A DNA stretch of 20,000 bases. It comes from Catajapyx aquilonaris. Its lineage: Eukaryota. The DNA lies in NCBI GenBank assembly GCA_000934665.2, contig KZ538496.1:46143-66142 (forward strand), written 5' to 3'. The translations under genes and the position numbers were made by a program. The notes under the pieces were generated by a model. The model had not been told where the DNA came from. It ran no database searches and was given only the letters and a program-made list of their open reading frames with translations. Positions 1-6,136 of this stretch are shown here, piece after piece (position 1 is the stretch's first letter; every line of letters starts with the position of its first letter).

Positions 1-1353
1 GGGCGTCTCGAATTCTTTCCTAATTGGCTCAAGAAGCGAGTTCAGCATCCTTTCAACCGTTGCCTTCAGGTCGCCTGGATGAAGCTCCTGCTTTGCGTAG
101 GCCTGCTCCAGCGCATCGTAGGAAGTGTAGTTCGCGGATCCTCCATTCGCCTCATCTCGTTCCACCTTAAAACCTTAAACATTTCACAAACTGCATCTGA
201 GAGCCAAAAAATGTACGTTTCATCATAATTAGCGGAAATAATTTTACAAAGAATTGCAGTGTACGAACGGCTGTATAATTCTCACCTTCGTTAGGTTTCA
301 TCAGTGGAAACAGCACATGCTTGACGAAGGAAAGGACACCGTTGTCCTCCACGTTCCCTGGCTCGCAAAAGGCCTTCTTCAGCTTCTTCTTAACGGCTGC
401 CGGAGTGTCCAGTAGGTCTATCTTGCTGTCTTCCTCAGACGAAGACATCTTCGCTCCAGTTAGCCCTGGAACTATGATCAAATGGTAAGTATTCTGCATA
501 CAAACGTGACGTAGCGTGCAACATACCCATCGGATTCATAAGATGTATCCGCTTCTTGTACCCAAGCTGCGGCAGATATTTCTCAGCGAATGTGAAAATC
601 TTCCTCTGGTCCACCCCGCCAAACTGTGCGTCCACTTCCAGGTACTCCTCGTCCAAGGCCTGGAGTCCTGGATAAATAAGACCGGACAGCAGCGGATGCT
701 CCACCTGCTTGACCACCTCGGCCCCAGCCTTTCTCGCATCATGCTCAGTCACCATGGAGGTCAGCCTGTACACGTCTAAAGTGTACTTCCTGTCCAGCTG
801 GTAGTCCGTTCCCCGCACGAATCTTAGTTTCTCAAGAGGTACCCCGATGGAACTGAGCATCGCACGGATAATCGCCTGGTAATACTCGACTCGTAACTCC
901 AGCAGTTCCCACGGCGCTTTCATATTGTCCAAGTAAGCGTGCAAGTCCGCAAACAATATGGTCACCTGGAAAGGAATCTCTGTTGCATCAGTTACATGCT
1001 GCTGCTTATTATCACTTCAAAACATATCGTTATGTCCCACTCAGTAAACTTAATCATCACGCTCTAAATACAGAGAGGGCAAGTTTATCATCATTGTGGG
1101 CACATTTCAGAGCAAACAAATCCCTAACCTCACACCCCGCTCGCAACAGGTCGCCAATCTTGGTCATGGGCACGAAGTACGCAATGTGCGGCTTCCCAGT
1201 CGTGGCCGTCCCCCAGTAGACCTTCAGGCTCCTCTCCTTCAGGATCTGGTCCAGCTGGTCCTCCCCCAAAATTTCCTGCAAGTTGCGTCTCACCAGCTGC
1301 TGCTTCTCCTCCCACGTCTGGCCGTCTGAGACCCCAACAAGATTCGCCGCCAT
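1..1353 (-). CDS. YARS1: Cytoplasmic tyrosine--tRNA ligase, 5' part (runs off the left edge); exons 1353-1129, 965-527, 471-286, 173-<1
   Basis: Spliced translation gives [15 protein letters not shown] (HIGH-like), [29 protein letters not shown] (KMSKS-like) and LHPGDLK. All three introns are GT-AG and keep the frame. Confidence 0.97.
1036..1100 (-). ncRNA. Intronic box C/D snoRNA, SNORD103/SNORD85-like (predicted guide for the 18S site equivalent to human Gm601)
   Basis: Minus strand reads CCCAC-A-ATGATGA (C)...AAACTTGCCCTCT-CTGT (D')...GTGATGA (C')...CTGA (D)-GTGGG, with a terminal stem, 70 nt from the 3' splice site. Guide ACTTGCCCTC is complementary to conserved 18S GAGGGCAAGU, and the D'+5 rule points to the middle G. 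Confidence 0.88.
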
Positions 1354-1442
1354 GTTCACAATCTGCAAATAAACTTGATGATGTACCACAAATTTTCAAA
1401 AGCAAGATCACGCATATTTTTAAAGTCGCAGTTCATGAGTGT

Positions 1443-1520
1443 CCCCTCAGAGTCTGGTTCATTATTTTTTACGTTTTCGCTTTCTTCACTTGATGTAAGT
1501 ACAGACGATCATCACCGGGG
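1443..1520 (-). ncRNA. Intronic box C/D snoRNA, target uncertain
   Basis: Minus strand reads CCCC-G-GTGATGA (C)...AATGAACCAGACT-CTGA (D)-GGGG, with a 4-bp terminal stem, 80 nt upstream of the acceptor at 1363. It is almost perfectly retained in the duplicate at 5352-5433. Confidence 0.8.
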
Positions 1521-1573
1521 TTGCGTTTACAAGCCTGAGCGTGCCATGCGGTTAGTATGAAGCTTCCCGTCAC

Positions 1574-1825
1574 CTGCGCTCCCATGCAAGACGACTGCAG
1601 CTTGACAAATGGAAGGTTGCTCCGTTCCCTGCAGTCCAGGCTGGAGATGTGCCTTCTCCAGCGTGTCGCATGCGGATAACTAGTGGCGTCCAGACTAATG
1701 TTCTGTACGGCCCTATGCACCTGGATGTCCACTTGGGTCAACCAGTGGTCCAGAATGTATGTCCTGGAGGCCAGGTGGTCCTCCAGAACTTGCAAAAAGT
1801 CCATCTGAAACCCCAACAACTCCAT
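1574..1825 (-). CDS. EF1B-N-terminal/GST-C-like domain exon (84 codons), probable alternative N-terminal exon of TyrRS
   Basis: MELLGFQMDFLQVLEDHLASRTYILDHWLTQVDIQVHRAV...YPHATRWRRHISS matches the recalled L..HL..RSY..G...SQAD..VF.......HA.RW..HI pattern of eEF1B and the CARS1 GST-like exon. The phase-0 donor CAG|GTGACG at 1574/1573 matches the phase-0 acceptor TTGCAG|ATT at 1363/1362. Confidence 0.72.
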
Positions 1826-1990
1826 TGTTCTCAATATACAGAGTCATTCAACATGGGGCTTCCTTTCGATTATTTTTAGTGATGCAAGAGTGGTTTTCAG
1901 GGCGAGCCTAAACCGACCGTGTCCCCAAGCCGAAGCGCCATGATTCCGGCCTCCCAAATCCCCGAATAAAGAAGGGAAAACGAAACGAAC

Positions 1991-2176
1991 CTGACCAGTT
2001 CGCCGACCACGCCATCAGAGAGAGAAAGGCCGGATGTGACGTCACTTCAACCGTTACTCCCCGTTTACATCTGCTAGGCCACCACTCACATTGGGCCAAT
2101 CAGAAAGCAGGAAGCCACATGACGCATGCGTGTATAATTCACGCCAACTGGCGCGTGTAAACTATGCCGGAAGTGT
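1991..2176 (-). promoter_or_regulatory. TyrRS promoter and probable short first exon
   Basis: TOP/TCT-like tract CCTTTCTCTCTCT (2029-2017), donor CAG|GTTCGT at 1991/1990, CRE palindrome TGACGTCA (2037-2044), CCAAT box near 2096 and ETS-like CCGGAAGT near 2167. Most of these are retained in the copy at 5441-5876. Confidence 0.6.
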
Positions 2177-2875
2177 CACCCGGCGTAATCTATTTACTCA
2201 CAGTTTAATATGAAGCTTTTAATTTAGATGCAAATTAAATTTTAAAGTATTTTGCAACCATCTTTGAAACTTATTAAAGAGAATCGCTATTATTGGCAGG
2301 ATTGTGGCCAAAGATTGTGGCGCGAATTCAAATGTCTGCAAATGGGGTTGAAATTCCTCTAGTCACAAAATGGCTTCGTTCTGCACTACCCAATTATTAT
2401 TATTAATTATTATTATTCGCAATACGCAGAAGCGGCGCCCACAGCATGTGCTGGTCAGGTATGAAACGCCTTCCAATATTGAAACCAATGTTTCAACTAT
2501 TGAAATTGGAGAATTCAGAACGGACGTTGGTTGTCACTGGAATAAACGTGAAAGGTTTGGAACACAAGCACTCTCAGGTTCGGTTGTTTACTTTTTTAAT
2601 GATCTCTCTCTCTCTCTCATCTCTCCCTCCCGCCTGGATACATGTTGATTTTTCAGACGGAGGTTGAGGCAGCAGCGGCTGCTTTGGCAACAAGGCGCTG
2701 GTCCCTCTCCTCTGCGACGGTCAGCTTGATACCCTTGCCCTTTGGCAGGGATACGTACGCCTTCGTGCCCTTTCCAATCATGAAAATGTAGTTTTACCTG
2801 GAATCGGAAAGGAAGACACGCATTATTAACCCAAGTGTAAACAATGCTAGTGTCCAACACTGAGTATGGCAAAAA

Positions 2876-3017
2876 GTATGTCCTCGCTGTGGGTAATGCT
2901 GATTCGACACTTAATAATCCAGACCAGCGACCTTTCAGAGAGAGTTACTATGCCCACCTTTTTGACCGCCCGTACACAGGAAATTTAACATAACAGGCGG
3001 CTTCGATCAGGGGCATG
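2876..3017 (-). ncRNA. H/ACA snoRNA, SNORA16-like (copy in the RPS4 pseudogene intron)
   Basis: Near-identical to 9689-9830. Both pocket strands, the H box and the ACA box are intact; the differences lie in the apical loop region. Confidence 0.82.
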
Positions 3018-3413
3018 CTTTCAGAATAACAGGTACAAACGTACCTGGTGGCAAACACATTTCCATTTGTGTCCTTGACGTGCACGATGTCAAAGGACCC
3101 CAGATGTCTCTCCCTGGACACGACTGTGCCCACTCGCCCCAAGTTGCGCCCTCCAGTGATCATGCAGAGGTTCCCCGTCTCAAACTTGATGAAGTCCAGG
3201 ATCTTCCCTGTGCCAATGTCCATCTGGATGGAGTCGTTGGCCTTGATCAGGGGATCGGGATAGCGGATGGTACGGCCATCATGGGTCACCAGGTACGGGA
3301 CAGCCTTGGGGCCCAACTGCGCACGCAGGACACGACACAGCTTGTACTGCAACCAAACAACGCGTTAAAAAATGGCCAAAAAATCCAATCGCAGATTTCA
3401 CGGAGCTAAGAAA

Positions 3414-3490
3414 TCCTCTCAGCATCTGCCTCATTCTTTCGTCAATTAATAATCAGGTCAAGCGTCTATTACATTTTACATCCTTGAGGA
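3414..3490 (-). ncRNA. Box C/D snoRNA (copy of the RPS4 intron 2 snoRNA)
   Basis: Near-identical to 10227-10303. GACGCTTGAC-CTGA and ATGAGGCAGATG-CTGA are retained, with a TCCTC/GAGGA stem; the C box is degenerate. Confidence 0.65.
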
Positions 3491-3798
3491 TTGCGCGACA
3501 AGATTTGTTAATAATTAAATTGTTATAATCACCTTGTCCTCTTCTGGCATGATCTGATGTATGATGAACCTTGGTGTCGTAAATGAGCCGAAAGTCGCCG
3601 GTGTTGTCGATGGTGATTACATCCATGAATCCGGACAGATAGTTGGGATCCATTTGTGCCTTCCCATCCTCCATTATTAGAAGCTGCATCACTATCAAAA
3701 TAATGATCCCTCCAAACAATATGGTCACCTGGAACGGAACCTCTGTTGCATCAGTTACATGCTGCCACTTGTTAACATTTCAAAATTTATCGGTATGT

Positions 3799-3863
3799 CC
3801 CACTCAGTAAACTTAATCATCACACTCTAAATGCAGAGAGGGCAAGTTTGTCATCATTGTGGG
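3799..3863 (-). ncRNA. Box C/D snoRNA, SNORD103/85-like copy
   Basis: Copy of 1036-1100 with C, C' and D boxes, guide AACTTGCCCTC and CCCAC/GTGGG stem intact. Confidence 0.8.
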
Positions 3864-4455
3864 AACATTTCAAAGCAAATAAATCTCTAACCTCACACCC
3901 CGCTCTCAACAGGTCGCCAATTTTGGTCATGGGCACAAAGAACGCAATGTGCGCCTTCCCACACTTTCTTCTTTGGGTTGAGCACCGCGTCTGGTGAGCC
4001 TGTTTCGTACCCATCGACGTACACTCTGTCCCCTGCGATGCTCTCGCTTGGAAGGTCAAGTGGCGCCAGGGCTCAAGGGCTGCCGGCTGATGCGCACAAC
4101 ACCATTACTTTCGACTCGACCCCTTTGAGTTTCGCAGGGTTCAGGTTGCACAGGACCACAACCAGGCGGTTCTGCATCTCCTCAAGCGGCACAAATGATG
4201 TTGTCACTGAATCATTAGGAACTCATCATTTTTATCAAATGTTGCACTAGCTACATTACATATTTGACAAAAGCAACTATCAAGTTACCTAAATCAATAG
4301 ATTCTATGTACAGGATGTTTCTTCACATCGACGACTTTCCCAATGCGGATGTCCAGTTTGTGTGGCGCAATCACGTCATCCTCCTCTGCAATGAAAATGA
4401 TCGCAATCAGAACAAGTTTGTGCGAACTAAATTCATTACATGAATAAGCAAATTT

Positions 4456-4516
4456 CCATTCAGATAGTTATATTAGTCATTAATATTCTGTGAGGGCAAG
4501 TTTGATCATCATTATC
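4456..4516 (-). ncRNA. Box C/D snoRNA, diverged paralogue with the same 18S guide
   Basis: Minus strand reads ATGATGA-TC-AAACTTGCCCTCA-CAGA (D')...ATGACTA (C')...CTGA, 70 nt upstream of the EMAP II exon acceptor at 4386. The terminal stem is weak. Confidence 0.72.
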
Positions 4517-4817
4517 TCCACACTCAATCTCCAAGCGCTGTGCAGGACAGAGACAGAGGCAGACACCCAGTTGCAAGCATGACTACCGGTGTCAACCTAT
4601 GCATTACTGTGCAAGAGATATTTGCCAAACTTGTAGTTCTGCACAGCACCCAGAGCCCGTGCATGACCTTCCAGACGTCGACTCCTCCCACCAATCTGCA
4701 AACATTCTCTAGCCCTTCCGAAAAATTCAATGGCACTGCCATTCCTCACAAACCCGTGAATATTCTACCCATTAATTAACCTGCGCCATTTACTCCTATC
4801 CATAGAAACAACCTTAG

Positions 4818-4876
4818 CCTCAGCCACGTCCATGGTCCTACTGACACATGAACGTTAAGTTCGATCATCATCAAGG
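4818..4876 (-). ncRNA. Candidate box C/D snoRNA (orphan)
   Basis: Minus strand reads CCTTG-ATGATGA...CCATGGACGTGG-CTGA-GG, downstream of a GTAAGT donor at 4929. The stem is short and no target was recognised. Confidence 0.42.
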
Positions 4877-5079
4877 AAAATCTCATCGCTTCATGTTCGA
4901 GAATCAAATTCAATGAAATTATGACTTACGTTTCTCCCAACTCCAGCAGTTCCCACGGCGCTTTCATATTGTCCAAGTAAGCGTGCAGGTCCGCAAACAA
5001 TATGGTCACCTGGAACGGAACCTCTGTTGCATCAGTTACATGCTGCCACTTGTTAACATTTCAAAATTTATCGGTATGC

Positions 5080-5144
5080 CCCACTCAGTAAACTTAATCA
5101 TCACGCTCTAAATACAGAGAGGGCAAGTTTATCATCATTGTGGG
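5080..5144 (-). ncRNA. Box C/D snoRNA, SNORD103/85-like copy
   Basis: Identical by eye to 1036-1100. Confidence 0.83.
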
Positions 5145-5351
5145 CACATTTCAGAGCAAACAAATCCCTAACCTCACACCCCAAAATTTCCTGCAAGTTG
5201 CGTCTCACCAGCTGCTGCTTCTCCCAACTCGGGCCGTCGGGGACCCCAACAAGATTCGCCGCCATGTTCACAATCTGCAAATAAACATGCTGACGAATCA
5301 CAAATTTTCAGAAGCAAGACCACGCATCTTGTTAAAGTCGCAGTTCAGTGT

Positions 5352-5433
5352 CCCCTCAGAGTCTGGTTCATTAATTATTTTTTACGTTTTCGCTTTCTTC
5401 ACTTGATGTAAGTACAGACGATCATCACCGGGG
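5352..5433 (-). ncRNA. Box C/D snoRNA, copy of 1443-1520
   Basis: Same boxes, guide and CCCC/GGGG stem, with a 4-nt insertion in the AT-rich middle. Confidence 0.75.
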
Positions 5434-5440
5434 TTGCGTT

Positions 5441-5876
5441 AGGCAGAAGCCCCATGAAGCAGCCTCTATATTCCGGCCCCCCAAATCCCCCGAAGAAAAG
5501 AAGGAAAAACGAAACAAACCTGACCACGCGGCCATCGAAAGAGAAAGAGACCGGGCGGATGTGACGTCACTTCAAGTCTTCAACCGTTACTCCCCGTTTA
5601 CATCTGCTAGGCCACCACTCACATTCGGCCAATCAGAACGCAGGATATTACATGACGCATGCGTGTATGATTCAGGCCAACTGGTGCGTGTAAACCATGC
5701 CGGAAGCGTCATCTATTTACTGCAATTGCTTGTATTTACTGACAGTTTAAACGGTTTAAACCTTTACTTTGATATAAATTAATTTTTGGAAGTATTTTCA
5801 AACATTCTTTGGACTTATGGAACAGGATTGAACAGGTCGGCAGGGATGCGGCGCCAATTCAAATATGAAATTCCTC
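5441..5876 (-). promoter_or_regulatory. Duplicate of the TyrRS promoter and first exon
   Basis: Aligns to about 1927-2358. Keeps the TCTCTTTCTCTTTC tract (5550-5537), CAG|GTTTGT donor, TGACGTCA, CCAAT and CCGGAAG. Confidence 0.75.
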
Positions 5877-6136
5877 AATTGATCGCTCATGAACTTGCAA
5901 CATTTTCAACCATGGTTTTTGTAGGCTAGGCTCTGGCTATATAATATTCTTCCTCGAATTATTATGCAACAATAACACACAATATAGCGATGGGGACCCC
6001 CCCCCCCCAAAGATATCTCCTAAAGGAAAAGTGAAGCCAGGTTCTACCGGCCGCCATCTTTGCTTTGGGCGACTCGGATCGATGGTGCCCCATCTGCACA
6101 GGGGCCGCCCCTAATTCTGCTGCCCACTGTTCCATC

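Larger units (their letters stand above)
2653..3695 (-). pseudogene. RPS4: 5'-truncated genomic duplicate of RPS4 (3' half of exon 2, exon 3, exon 4, with introns)
   Basis: Collinear with 9478-10516. CAA>TAA stop at the start of exon 4 (2796-2794), a 5-nt frameshifting deletion and a 3-nt deletion in the exon 2 remnant, and P>L in RERHPGSF. Confidence 0.93.
3713..5274 (-). pseudogene. YARS1: Scrambled TyrRS duplicate fragments: exon A with a 129-nt internal deletion, intron and start of exon B (5274 to about 4939); linker introns and EMAP II-like domain pieces (4385-4311, 4195-3955); a second exon A/intron/exon B piece (3961-3713)
   Basis: Direct identity to 895-1362. Translations EEDDVIAPHKLDIRIGKVVDVKKHP and [28 protein letters not shown]...LNPKKKVWE match the metazoan TyrRS C-terminal EMAP II-like domain, with an in-frame TGA at 4075-4073. 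Confidence 0.92.

Noticed and set aside
174..285. ATGATGA C-box-like word in TyrRS intron 3
   Set aside because: No downstream CTGA D box or terminal stem.
516..1329. Plus-strand and alternative-frame ORFs over TyrRS (and similar ones over RPS4, THAP and DONSON)
   Set aside because: Shadow frames of real coding exons with no recognisable motifs.
1473..1573. A 39-nt intron (GTGACG...ACTAAC...CTCAG) plus a small exon 1534-1473, which would make the GST-like ORF a stand-alone uORF or a mutually exclusive exon
   Set aside because: It is shorter than every supported intron here (55 nt or more), and the supposed exon overlaps a well-formed C/D snoRNA. The region is better explained as a single 211-nt intron.
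4517..4779. ORFs 4524-4742 and 4540-4779
   Set aside because: No recognisable protein; probably intron sequence or a small insertion within the TyrRS duplicate.
6097..6110. CACAGGGGCCGCCC repeated exactly at 15581-15594 as a possible transposon end
   Set aside because: Direct rather than inverted orientation, no extension of similarity and no TSD; may be chance.
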